This document shows, piece by piece, positions 8,070-15,926 of a DNA stretch of 44,287 bases (its first letter is position 1; each line of letters begins with the position of its first letter). The position numbers were made by a program, and so were the translations under genes. The notes below the pieces were generated by a model, which worked only from the letters and a program-made list of their open reading frames with translations, did not search any database and had not been told where the DNA came from. The DNA is from a virus, in the IMG/VR virus record IMGVR_UViG_3300037467_000513, one strand, 5' to 3'.

Positions 8070-10411
8070 GCCGGCTCTTTCTGCATCGCGGCTTTCTGTT
8101 GGAACGCCTGATCGGCGTGGGCCATCTGCTGTTCGGCCTGCTGTTCCTTGATCTCTGCGCTTTGCTCCGCGCTGCGAGCGTTCAAATCGGCCTGATGCTG
8201 GCGCGCTGCCGCGTCGATCTGCGCGGCCTCGCGCTTGAACTGCATCTCGGCGGCCTTCATGTCCATTTCCATCTGCTTGATCTGCATGTCGGCCTGATGC
8301 TTCTGATCGTCGCGCGCCGCCTGTGCGTTGATGACCGCAATCTTGGCCTGTGCCTCTTCCTGCTTGGCCTGCCGCTCGATCTGGCGATCCTCCTGATCGG
8401 CCTTCAGCTTTGCTTCCTCGATCTGCGCTTTCTGCTGCAACTCGGCCTGCTTCATCTGCATTTCGGTCTGGCTGCGCTTTTCCTCGGCGTCGGCCTGTTT
8501 CTGCTCTGCCTGCTGCTGTGGATTCGGCTGGCCAGCTTTCTGCGCCATCTGATCCGCAAATTCCTCGATAGCGCCTTCCAGTTCACGACCGGCGCGGAAC
8601 GGCGCGACAGCAAATTTCAGCACTTCGCCGGCAAACGTCGCCGCGCCCGGCTCAACGGCAACCAGTTGCCCCAACTGTTGCAACGTGCTGCCCAATACCT
8701 GCATGAACTCGGTGCGGCGCTGTTTCTCCGCGTCCTCGTCAGGCTGGATCGTGCTGTCCGTCTCGATATCAAGCACGAACGGCCGCAGCTTCTGATCCCG
8801 TAGCAGCTTCATGACCTGTTCGACGGTCGGTTGCTGCTTTAGCTTTTCGATCTGAGCGCGGGCTTGTCCCTCAATCTGCTGTTTAGCCTGCTCAATGACC
8901 TGTTGCGCCTGCTCAGGGTTCTGCTGCGCCTGCTGCATTAGTTCAGGATTGGCCTGCGCCTGCTGCAACTGCTGTTCGAACTGCTGCTGGGCCTGTTGGG
9001 CGATTTGCGCCGCCTGCTTGGCAATGTCCGCCTCGGTCGGAATCTCCATCTGCGACATGGACAACAGCGTGTCAGGGCTGAAATTCTCGGCCATGATCTC
9101 GGCTGCGATCATCACAAGATCGCGCGCAACCCGCACCAATTCCGACTGTTTGTCGCGGATGCGGACCGAACCGTATTGGCTCTTGAGTTGCTGCGCCGTG
9201 GCCGTTTCGCTCGCTTCAGTCGAGCCGCGCATGATGTCCGACAGGCCGACGATCTCGTAAACGTCGTTGATAACCTGCTTGCGAAGCTCAACCAGCGACG
9301 TGATCGCCTGCACGACCGTTTCGAGCGGCCACCACACAACCGGATCGCCGCTATTCGATCCGAATGCCGCCCAATTGCTGATCGGCACCATCATCTGCCG
9401 ATCGTCGTTGGACTTAACCGCAGCCTCGATGGCGTCGCCAATTTCCGACACACCGGCCGGATAGAAGCCCCTCACCTTCAAGGCATCCGCCAGCGCATGA
9501 ATGCGTGACGTAAGCTGATTCACTTCCTCAAGCTGGTCGCGGTAATAGACGATATCTGGCACCGGAACGAGCGAACGCCGCTGCAACGTCGCATAAGCCG
9601 GGCGCGGACACGGGAAGAAGCCTTCCAGCTTCAAATGCGGCTCGGTATCGTCGAGGAGCTTGTCACAGCCCTCCGTCACCCAAACGACGCGGTTCTCATC
9701 CTTCGACCAGATTTCCCACACCTTGGCCTTGGCGCGGTTGTCAGCGGCTCCGCTTGCCTTGTCGTCCTTCTGCACGACATAAGCCGCTTCCAGGTATGCC
9801 TTGCCGCTCGTCTTACCAAACCGCTTACGCATGGCGCGCTTGGTCAGATAGCCAGCCGCCGCGACCCAGCCGACCTCCGACCAGTTTCGCGCCAATTCGT
9901 GCAGGAAGTCCTTGCGGTCCTTGTGCTCGATGCAGACGCGCTCCGTCGCGGAATCGCTATCGGCCTTTGTCTCGTAGCGAACCCACGGCACGCCACGGCC
10001 CGAGATATTCAGATCGTCGCGGACCAACCTCATCACCGCGTCGATATTTGTCAGATCGAAGCCGACGACAGATGACCGCTCCAGCAATTCCGACGCGACA
10101 CGATAGAGCGGGCGCCGGTCCTTGAACCGTGGCACCACGACAGGCACAGGCGGCCGGCTGTAGATCGACGGACCAAGCACCTGAATGTTGGCCCAAAACA
10201 ACTGAAACTGCCGATCCCGCGCGGCATTCGCCAGCTTATCAAGGTCACCGAATATCTTGTCGATGTTGTCGGCGCGGTTCTGGTAGTCCTCGAACGCATC
10301 CTGTGACGCCTTGATCTGCGCCAGCCACGCGCGCGCACTCTTCGGCTTGATCGACGGGTCAAGCTCGTCGTCGCCGGCCGCTGCGGTTGGCTGTTCAAGA
10401 ACGTCTGTCAA
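8066..10411 (-). CDS. Portal protein with long Q/A/E-rich C-terminal extension
   Basis: 781 aa, directly downstream of terL. TTG start overlaps the terL stop (TTGA). The last ~165 aa are an almost pure Q/A/E/K helix-like tail. Confidence 0.8.
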   Translation of the reverse strand: MTDVLEQPTAAAGDDELDPSIKPKSARAWLAQIKASQDAFEDYQNRADNIDKIFGDLDKLANAARDRQFQLFWANIQVLGPSIYSRPPVPVVVPRFKDRRPLYRVASELLERSSVVGFDLTNIDAVMRLVRDDLNISGRGVPWVRYETKADSDSATERVCIEHKDRKDFLHELARNWSEVGWVAAAGYLTKRAMRKRFGKTSGKAYLEAAYVVQKDDKASGAADNRAKAKVWEIWSKDENRVVWVTEGCDKLLDDTEPHLKLEGFFPCPRPAYATLQRRSLVPVPDIVYYRDQLEEVNQLTSRIHALADALKVRGFYPAGVSEIGDAIEAAVKSNDDRQMMVPISNWAAFGSNSGDPVVWWPLETVVQAITSLVELRKQVINDVYEIVGLSDIMRGSTEASETATAQQLKSQYGSVRIRDKQSELVRVARDLVMIAAEIMAENFSPDTLLSMSQMEIPTEADIAKQAAQIAQQAQQQFEQQLQQAQANPELMQQAQQNPEQAQQVIEQAKQQIEGQARAQIEKLKQQPTVEQVMKLLRDQKLRPFVLDIETDSTIQPDEDAEKQRRTEFMQVLGSTLQQLGQLVAVEPGAATFAGEVLKFAVAPFRAGRELEGAIEEFADQMAQKAGQPNPQQQAEQKQADAEEKRSQTEMQMKQAELQQKAQIEEAKLKADQEDRQIERQAKQEEAQAKIAVINAQAARDDQKHQADMQIKQMEMDMKAAEMQFKREAAQIDAAARQHQADLNARSAEQSAEIKEQQAEQQMAHADQAFQQKAAMQKEPA

Positions 10412-11820
10412 ATGCGGATCCTTGTCCCCTTGCCTTCCGGCACGGGCGGAATGATGAAGTGGCCGGGCGGCAGTACAATCGGCTTCTCAACAACCAGCGC
10501 CGGCACATTGCGCCACGACAGCGCCAGATAGCGGAACGCATCCGCCAAGTGGCTCGTCCAATCGTGGACTTCGTTAGCCTTGAAGGCCTTCTTTTCGTCG
10601 TTCCACTCGCGCCGATACTGTTCCAGCGCGGATATTCCTGTTTCCTCACAGCGCGGATGAAACACACATCGCGCCAGCGTCTTGCGCGCCGCGTTGATGC
10701 CATCCAGTTTCGTCGCGCTCGGCACCAGTTCAGGCCGCAAGCCATAATCGCGCATCGTCTCAACGCGCGTGCGACCTGTGCCCCATTCCTTCACCTTGGC
10801 GTCATGCGGCACAAAGTCAGCGCCCGCCGTCCAGCCGTGTTGTTCCGTGCGCTTGGCGACGATATCGGCATAATGATCAAGGCCAACGCCAGACGCCGTA
10901 TAGCAATCCAGAATGAACACCTGAGCGCCGACAACCTGAAACCACCAGATTGACGTATCGTCTCGGACGCCGATGTCCCAAGCCCGATGCACCATGCGGC
11001 CCGGTATGGCCTCGATCTCCGCTATGCGGCCTTCCTTCCGCACCGTCGCCATTTCACGAGCGTAGAACGCGCCCAAGATCGCAGCATTGAAGCTGCACTC
11101 GTATTCCTGCTCGAACTGAGCGCGGCCGATGTCCTCGCCGTAGAGGGCGATGTATTCCGCCAAACTCTCGGTTATCTGTTCCTGTGACAGCGCCCCGGTT
11201 TCATGAACCGTCGAGACTTCCGCAAACCAGCGCGGATTCGCTTTTGCCATGTCATACATGGCCTTGGCATGGTTACGCCCACGCGGCGTCGTGATGAATG
11301 CCGCGAAGCCGTTGTTTTCTTCCAGCATCGGCCGGTGATAAGCCCATGCAGATGGATTAGCCAAAGCCCATTCCGAATAGACGATACCGGCCACGCCAGC
11401 GCCGACCGTTGCGTCATACCGATCCGAACCGATGATCTGCCACGTTGACCCGCATTTGAGTTTGATGAGCATCTGCTGCTCATCCTTGCCTTCCCTGATC
11501 TCAGGCGGAAAAGCCTCATCAATGCGCCGCTTGCCCGTATGTGCGTTGATCGCGTTCCAGAGCGCCTTGCGGCCTTGTTCGTATTCCGGCAGACAATGCC
11601 AATAGGACGCAACGCGCTGATGGGCTATCTCGCATGTCGCAGCGAGCGTAATTTCGTCCTTTCCCCAGCGACGATGAGCAATCTCAATCGCTCGCTTGCC
11701 GCCGTTCACCAGGTATTCGTGGAACGGCCGCTGATACCAGCGAATCCGGCGTTCAATCTCCACGGGACTCGTAAACCGTTTTGAACAGCACCGGCCCGCC
11801 ATCGGCGCCAGTGTGAGCAA
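10408..11820 (-). CDS. terL: Terminase large subunit
   Basis: 470 aa. ATPase-like ...HRRWGKDEITL... followed by a nuclease-like C-terminal half. Start is uncertain: TTG 11820, ATG 11802 or GTG 11763, and all three overlap the terS end at 11753. Confidence 0.85.
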   Translation of the reverse strand: MLTLAPMAGRCCSKRFTSPVEIERRIRWYQRPFHEYLVNGGKRAIEIAHRRWGKDEITLAATCEIAHQRVASYWHCLPEYEQGRKALWNAINAHTGKRRIDEAFPPEIREGKDEQQMLIKLKCGSTWQIIGSDRYDATVGAGVAGIVYSEWALANPSAWAYHRPMLEENNGFAAFITTPRGRNHAKAMYDMAKANPRWFAEVSTVHETGALSQEQITESLAEYIALYGEDIGRAQFEQEYECSFNAAILGAFYAREMATVRKEGRIAEIEAIPGRMVHRAWDIGVRDDTSIWWFQVVGAQVFILDCYTASGVGLDHYADIVAKRTEQHGWTAGADFVPHDAKVKEWGTGRTRVETMRDYGLRPELVPSATKLDGINAARKTLARCVFHPRCEETGISALEQYRREWNDEKKAFKANEVHDWTSHLADAFRYLALSWRNVPALVVEKPIVLPPGHFIIPPVPEGKGTRIRI

Positions 11821-12157
11821 CCGCCGTTAGCCTTGAATGCATGTACGGCGCGGCGTCACGAGCACAATCCTGTGCTAGTTGACGGAACCCTGCTGTCTTT
11901 TTCACTTGTGCCAGGAGGGCTTTAAATTGCTCCTCCGGCGTTTCAGCCGTGACGCTCCCGGTAAACTCGGCAACCGTCAAGCCTTCTAGCGTCGCCTCAG
12001 CGTCTAATGCCACCTGCTGAAAATGCCGCATGTTGTCGAGCATAACTTCAAGCGGCGATTTGCCTTCGGCCGATGCCCTCTCTGCGATCTCTCTTGTGCG
12101 CTTCGTCAGAGCACCTTGTTTGCGCCCTGCTCCCTCACGTTTACCCCCGCGAGGCAT
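11753..12157 (-). CDS. terS: Terminase small subunit candidate
   Basis: 134 aa. Basic N-terminus MPRGGKREGAGRKQGALTKRT is typical of small terminase DNA-binding ends. Lies immediately upstream of terL. Confidence 0.6.
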   Translation of the reverse strand: MPRGGKREGAGRKQGALTKRTREIAERASAEGKSPLEVMLDNMRHFQQVALDAEATLEGLTVAEFTGSVTAETPEEQFKALLAQVKKTAGFRQLAQDCARDAAPYMHSRLTAVAHTGADGGPVLFKTVYESRGD

Positions 12158-12177
12158 TTTGATTGTCTTTGATTGTT
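12158..12177 (-). repeat. Tandem 10-bp repeat forming the terS leader
   Basis: Plus strand reads tttgattgtc tttgattgtt. The minus strand reads AACAATCAAAGACAATCAAA directly before the ATG. No Shine-Dalgarno-like purine run is present. Confidence 0.7.
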
Positions 12178-12209
12178 TTCATGGGGCTCTCCCGGTCTGA
12201 GCGGGTGCG

Positions 12210-12497
12210 TTACTTGACCGTCTCTCGCAGCAAATCAATCTGCGCCTGCTGCTCCGGCGTCCGGGGCGTGTCGTCCACGATCTGATACGGCAGCGCAACA
12301 AACCGATCCGGGCCGCGCGTAGCAACCGGGCCATCCTGCGGGATGCGCGCAACCACTCGCTCAACCAGTTCCGACGAGCGCGGAGCCGGGACGCCGGGCT
12401 TGCCGAGCATCTGAGCCGTGCAGGCTTCGATGTGCTGCTGCACCGCCGCGGCGAACTGACCGGGCGGCCCCGATTGGCTGAGAGGAATTTGGATCAC
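12210..12497 (-). CDS. Hypothetical protein
   Basis: 95 aa from GTG 12497, which forms a GTGA overlap with the upstream small ORF. The ORF track gives TTG 12503. Confidence 0.55.
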   Translation of the reverse strand: MIQIPLSQSGPPGQFAAAVQQHIEACTAQMLGKPGVPAPRSSELVERVVARIPQDGPVATRGPDRFVALPYQIVDDTPRTPEQQAQIDLLRETVK

Positions 12498-12646
12498 GCA
12501 CAATCCCCATCATCTTCGGCCGCATACGGCACGCCATGCTGATCGGCTGTTCCGGCTGGATGGAATGGTGCTTCGCATGGTGCGGTGTCGGGCTTGTCGG
12601 GCTCTGACAGCTTCGAGGCCGGCACGAACTGGATGATTTCAGCCAT
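12494..12646 (-). CDS. Small hypothetical protein (50 aa, below ORF-track cutoff)
   Basis: Hand translation gives MAEIIQFVPASKLSEPDKPDTAPCEAPFHPAGTADQHGVPYAAEDDGDCA. GAGGG lies 8 nt upstream of the ATG. The stop overlaps the next start (GTGA). Confidence 0.4.
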   Translation of the reverse strand: MAEIIQFVPASKLSEPDKPDTAPCEAPFHPAGTADQHGVPYAAEDDGDCA

Positions 12647-12655
12647 GGGATGCCC

Positions 12656-12997
12656 TCAGCCAGCAGAGCCGCAAGCAACCGCCGGCTGCTTTTCGCTCAG
12701 CCGAGTCCGCAGCAAATAGCCCTCAAGCGCCCAAATCTTGGCGCGTGCGTTGTCGTAGGCGATGCGCCGGCCGATCTGTTCGTCGAAGTTCTCAGGCGAT
12801 GCAGCCGCGCTCTCACCAATGACCGAATAGCCGTTCTTGAGCCCAAGCCGGCAGACGGTCACGGTCGTTCCGGGAAAGCGGTGATAGTCGCAGGTCACAA
12901 TTTGAGCGTTGATGTCGTCCGGTGTCAGACGCGGCGCGTTCAGGCCCTTGGTCTTGATCTCAGCTTCAATGGCTGCCTCGGATGCGCTCACTGGCAT
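12656..12997 (-). CDS. Gp49-family protein (N4 gp49 / Sf6 gp66-like), first gene after the early/late terminator
   Basis: 113 aa. ...TVTVCRLGLKNGYSVIGESAAASPENFDEQIGRRIAYDNARAKIWALEGYLL... matches my recollection of Phage_gp49_66. Strong SD GAGGAAG upstream. Confidence 0.55.
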   Translation of the reverse strand: MPVSASEAAIEAEIKTKGLNAPRLTPDDINAQIVTCDYHRFPGTTVTVCRLGLKNGYSVIGESAAASPENFDEQIGRRIAYDNARAKIWALEGYLLRTRLSEKQPAVACGSAG

Positions 12998-13020
12998 TGG
13001 TTCTTCCTCTCATGGGGTCA

Positions 13021-13045
13021 AAGAAAAACCCCGCACGAGGCGGGG
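13021..13045 (-). terminator. Intrinsic terminator (minus strand) between early and late gene blocks
   Basis: Minus strand reads CCCCGC-ctcgt-GCGGGG followed by TTTTTCTTT. Ends ~25 nt upstream of the ATG at 12997. Confidence 0.8.
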
Positions 13046-13299
13046 TGTGAAATGTTGCGGGCCTAGGAAGCCAGTTATTCCCCGGCTGGGGCTTCTCCAC
13101 GCGACGCTTTCGCGTTTCACCGCATCTCAGCGGCTCATCAGGCGCATTAGTGCCGGGCCAGATGTCCACAGGTTCGCCCGCGCGGTGGACCACACGCCTC
13201 TTGAATCAATTCGCGCCCGTGAAGCTGAGCCTCCGGGCGCAATTCGTCGTATCTCATTTCGCCATAAGTGATTTGGAATTTCGCCGCAACTGTTTTCTT
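13046..13299 (-). promoter_or_regulatory. ~250-nt non-coding structured spacer (candidate late promoter/leader)
   Basis: No credible ORF. The minus strand holds several hairpins: GCGCCCG...CGGGCGC, GTCCAC...GTGGAC and a CGC-GAAA-GCG tetraloop. The spacer ends in the terminator above. Confidence 0.5.
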
Positions 13300-13926
13300 T
13301 CAGCACAGAAACCTATGCACAGCGTTGAGCCCAAGCCGAAGATCGCCAAGCTGCGCCTCGCTTGGATATCGCTCCTCAATGCATACCATCCGCATGGCGT
13401 CCATAATCCTGTTTCCTCGTCCTAGCGTCCGGCTGAGGGCACTAACAGCATGGAAGCAGTTATCGTAGCGGTCCTTGACGCGCTGGCGACGCTTCTGGCG
13501 CTCTTCCTCGTCGTCATGGATGCGCGGAATGTCATCTGCGCCCCACTGATAGAACCCTGACGCGATGCGCTCTCCGAGCGCCCCAGACTTCACGCTATGC
13601 AGCGTGATGCCCATCATATTCGCATATGCAACAACTACCATAGCCCAAGCGTTGCCGGCGCGGAGCTGATCTTCCGAGATGTGCTTATCGACGTGCAGCC
13701 GGCCGAGCGGGAAGCCTAACAGATGTGAGCGAGGATCTTTCGTCCCGCGTCGATGCGGCTGGTTCGTTACGACGGTGAAGTCCACAATCTCGCCCCTCGA
13801 TTTTCCGCTGGGATCCCGGATCACGTTCGTTTTCCGAGGTCGTCCACGTTTCGCTTGCCCCATTCCGAAATTCTCCAATGGTCGATACTCGGTTTTGAAC
13901 TGACGCTTGGCCCACGGTCTCATCAT
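13300..13926 (-). CDS. Hypothetical protein, last early gene (candidate late-gene regulator by position only)
   Basis: 208-aa ORF with a basic N-terminus (KRGRPRKT). Sits immediately upstream of the leader and terminator. Confidence 0.6.
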   Translation of the reverse strand: MMRPWAKRQFKTEYRPLENFGMGQAKRGRPRKTNVIRDPSGKSRGEIVDFTVVTNQPHRRGTKDPRSHLLGFPLGRLHVDKHISEDQLRAGNAWAMVVVAYANMMGITLHSVKSGALGERIASGFYQWGADDIPRIHDDEEERQKRRQRVKDRYDNCFHAVSALSRTLGRGNRIMDAMRMVCIEERYPSEAQLGDLRLGLNAVHRFLC

Positions 13927-13929
13927 CGG

Positions 13930-14451
13930 TTATCCGACGAACGGATTCGGAAGATTATCCCGCACCGGGTCATCCCAATGCCGTTCAACAAACGCGCTCC
14001 ACTTCTCGGACACGGCAAAGAGCCCCATTTCGCTCGTCATCCTAGAAACGATCCCAATGGCCGTTTCCGTATCCATGTAGTACCACTCGCCATGGGCGTG
14101 ATATTTTGATCCCGCGTACTTGTCGTGGATGGCCTTCTCTAGTTTCCGCGCGGCAGGACCATCCATCCAACGATACCAAACCATCCGAACGACATAGCCG
14201 TTCGATGTCTGGATTTCCTTTGAACGTTGCTTGGGGTTCTTCGTTATCCCAATCTTCGTCAACGAACCTGCCTCGGTGACATAGATCGCTGTTGGGCGGT
14301 CAAGCATCCTATCCACGTCGCGCGTCCACTCGTCTGGGTCCGCCTTAGCCCTCGACAAAACACCGCATGGTGCCTGTAACCTGATTTGCGCGGTCGTCCA
14401 ACCATGATCTGAATTGCCCCGTTTCGTGTTAGAATGAACTCGCGCTGCCAC
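13930..14451 (-). CDS. T5orf172 / GIY-YIG-like domain protein (copy 2)
   Basis: 173 aa. IYVTEAGSLTKIGITKNPKQRSKEIQ...ARKLEKAIHDKY...HGEWYYM fits the T5orf172 pattern. GC looks locally lower. Confidence 0.6.
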   Translation of the reverse strand: MAARVHSNTKRGNSDHGWTTAQIRLQAPCGVLSRAKADPDEWTRDVDRMLDRPTAIYVTEAGSLTKIGITKNPKQRSKEIQTSNGYVVRMVWYRWMDGPAARKLEKAIHDKYAGSKYHAHGEWYYMDTETAIGIVSRMTSEMGLFAVSEKWSAFVERHWDDPVRDNLPNPFVG

Positions 14452-14472
14452 CAGATACCAGATGCTGCCGGC

Positions 14473-14706
14473 CTACTTTTCAACAACACGGATACCGGCC
14501 TTTTCAAATCTCTCCCATAGCTTGGCATAGCCAGCTGCCCCGCAGACCTCGTAAGCAATATCTGCAAATTTTTGCGCCGCGCTCTTTGGCTCATCCAGCT
14601 TGAGCATCCCCAGCGCGACGAACCGGTCAATCCACGCCTCGTCGGAGAACGATGACGGGTTTGGTGTAGAATTTCTGAAAGCCTTAATCGCTTCATCTCT
14701 CGTCAT
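14473..14706 (-). CDS. Hypothetical protein
   Basis: 77-aa ORF with SD GAAAGGAAA upstream. Confidence 0.6.
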   Translation of the reverse strand: MTRDEAIKAFRNSTPNPSSFSDEAWIDRFVALGMLKLDEPKSAAQKFADIAYEVCGAAGYAKLWERFEKAGIRVVEK

Positions 14707-14766
14707 TGCAAGTTTCCTTTCATGTTGATGTCGGAACGCGACCAGCGGATGCCGGGTGCGGTCATG

Positions 14767-15642
14767 CTAGTGCCCCATGGATCGAAGCTGTGGAGACGAA
14801 ACATGCTGATCAGGAAGCCCGTACCCGTACTTAATCAGAATGCTTGGTGGCACCTTGCAGCCCGCCATGCCCGGCTCAGGCCCGCCCCACTTCGACCACG
14901 GCATCCCACGCTTGAAACGCTCCATTTCACGGTCCCAATCCATCACCACTTCACCGGCTTGATCTGGCGTTGATCCCGCCGGCTGATCCGTCCAGCGCTC
15001 CTGGTTGATGAAGGTTTCGGGATTGAGCCATGGCCGATCAGCGGGCTTTGCACGAATGTAGCGATCAAGGCCATCAAGTATCGATTGCCACGCTACGCCC
15101 CGCTTCATCGCCAGTTCGAGCTTGGCAATGGCTTTAGGTTTCCCAACCTTGTGCGGATATCGGTTCCAGAACTGCTCTCGAAAGTCCGAAGGCCAGCCAG
15201 CGGCAAGCGCGCCCGCGCGCGTCTCTTTCTTTTTTTCTGTTTCTGTATTCTGTTCTCTGTTATCTGGGGGGTGTGATGATTGCGTAGCGTCACACGTGAC
15301 GCTGCCGTTACGGTCACGTTTAGCGTCACGGTATCTCTTCGAGCGTTCTGCTGCCGTTTCGTCGCGGTCGCTCTTATATTGGCGGCTATCCCAATTGTGC
15401 GGCTTGAAACCTTTCTCCGTCTTATCGAGCAAGCCAAATCCGCACAGTTTTGCCAGCACTGCGGCGGCTTTCGGCTCAGCCAAGCGCAACTTGAACGCCA
15501 CCGCGCTCAACGCCGGCAACTCGCCATCATTCTCGGCCGCGATGCACAGCACGTTCACCCAATGTTTGAACAGATCAGGTGCCAGCATTTGCGCCTTTGG
15601 ATCGTCAACGACGCCGGTGTAAAATCGAAACCAGCGGCTCAT
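14767..15642 (-). CDS. Replication initiator/organiser candidate (DUF1376/YdaU-like N-terminus)
   Basis: 291 aa. N-terminus [43 protein letters not shown] resembles DUF1376. The central low-complexity linker coincides with the iteron/T-rich DNA. Confidence 0.55.
   Translation of the reverse strand: MSRWFRFYTGVVDDPKAQMLAPDLFKHWVNVLCIAAENDGELPALSAVAFKLRLAEPKAAAVLAKLCGFGLLDKTEKGFKPHNWDSRQYKSDRDETAAERSKRYRDAKRDRNGSVTCDATQSSHPPDNREQNTETEKKKETRAGALAAGWPSDFREQFWNRYPHKVGKPKAIAKLELAMKRGVAWQSILDGLDRYIRAKPADRPWLNPETFINQERWTDQPAGSTPDQAGEVVMDWDREMERFKRGMPWSKWGGPEPGMAGCKVPPSILIKYGYGLPDQHVSSPQLRSMGH
15221..15331. other. Putative origin of replication inside the initiator gene
   Basis: A 45-nt pyrimidine/T-rich tract with (TTCTGT)n-like periodicity lies at 15221..15267. 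TAGCGTCAC occurs at 15285..15293 and 15321..15329, an inverted GTGACGCT at 15296..15303, and a degenerate CGGTCACG at 15311..15318. Confidence 0.5.
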
Positions 15643-15926
15643 CAGATCATGCCTAAAGCGTGCATGTAGGTTTCTAGGATGGCTTCCTGCTCGGCGCGCT
15701 CGTTGGCATCCTGCTTGCGCATCCGCACGATGGTGCGCAAAGCCTTCACATCGTAGCCATTGCCTTTGGCTTCCGCGTAGATATCCTTGATATCATCGCC
15801 TATGGAAGTTTTCTCTTCCTCAAGGCGCTCGATGCGTTCGATGATGGCCTTAAGTTGATCCTTCGAGAACCGCGCGACGGGCTCATCTTGCACGATTGCG
15901 CTGTTATGACCGATCTGTGCTTCCAT
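15642..15926 (-). CDS. gapR: GapR-like nucleoid-associated protein (DUF2312)
   Basis: 94 aa. ...[70 protein letters not shown] closely matches the remembered GapR/UPF0335 consensus. Confidence 0.85.
   Translation of the reverse strand: MEAQIGHNSAIVQDEPVARFSKDQLKAIIERIERLEEEKTSIGDDIKDIYAEAKGNGYDVKALRTIVRMRKQDANERAEQEAILETYMHALGMI

Noticed and set aside
12361-12678. 105-aa minus-strand ORF spanning the gap between the gp49-like gene and the 95-aa gene; also 20243..20611 (122 aa) and 12179..12364.
   Set aside because: They are Arg/Ser/Pro-rich and out of phase with the coupling pattern. Alternative small ORFs with SD or overlap signals explain the region better.
12966-13193. 75-aa minus-strand ORF across the early/late spacer.
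   Set aside because: It reads straight through the terminator hairpin and into the next gene's start region, and its composition is implausible. The region is better explained as non-coding leader plus terminator.
13591-13606. CACGCTATGCAGCGTG, made of the same half-sites as the operators.
   Set aside because: The spacer is 4 bp instead of 2 bp, there is a single copy, and it lies inside a coding region far from any promoter-like context. Probably chance, though a genome-wide motif count would settle it.
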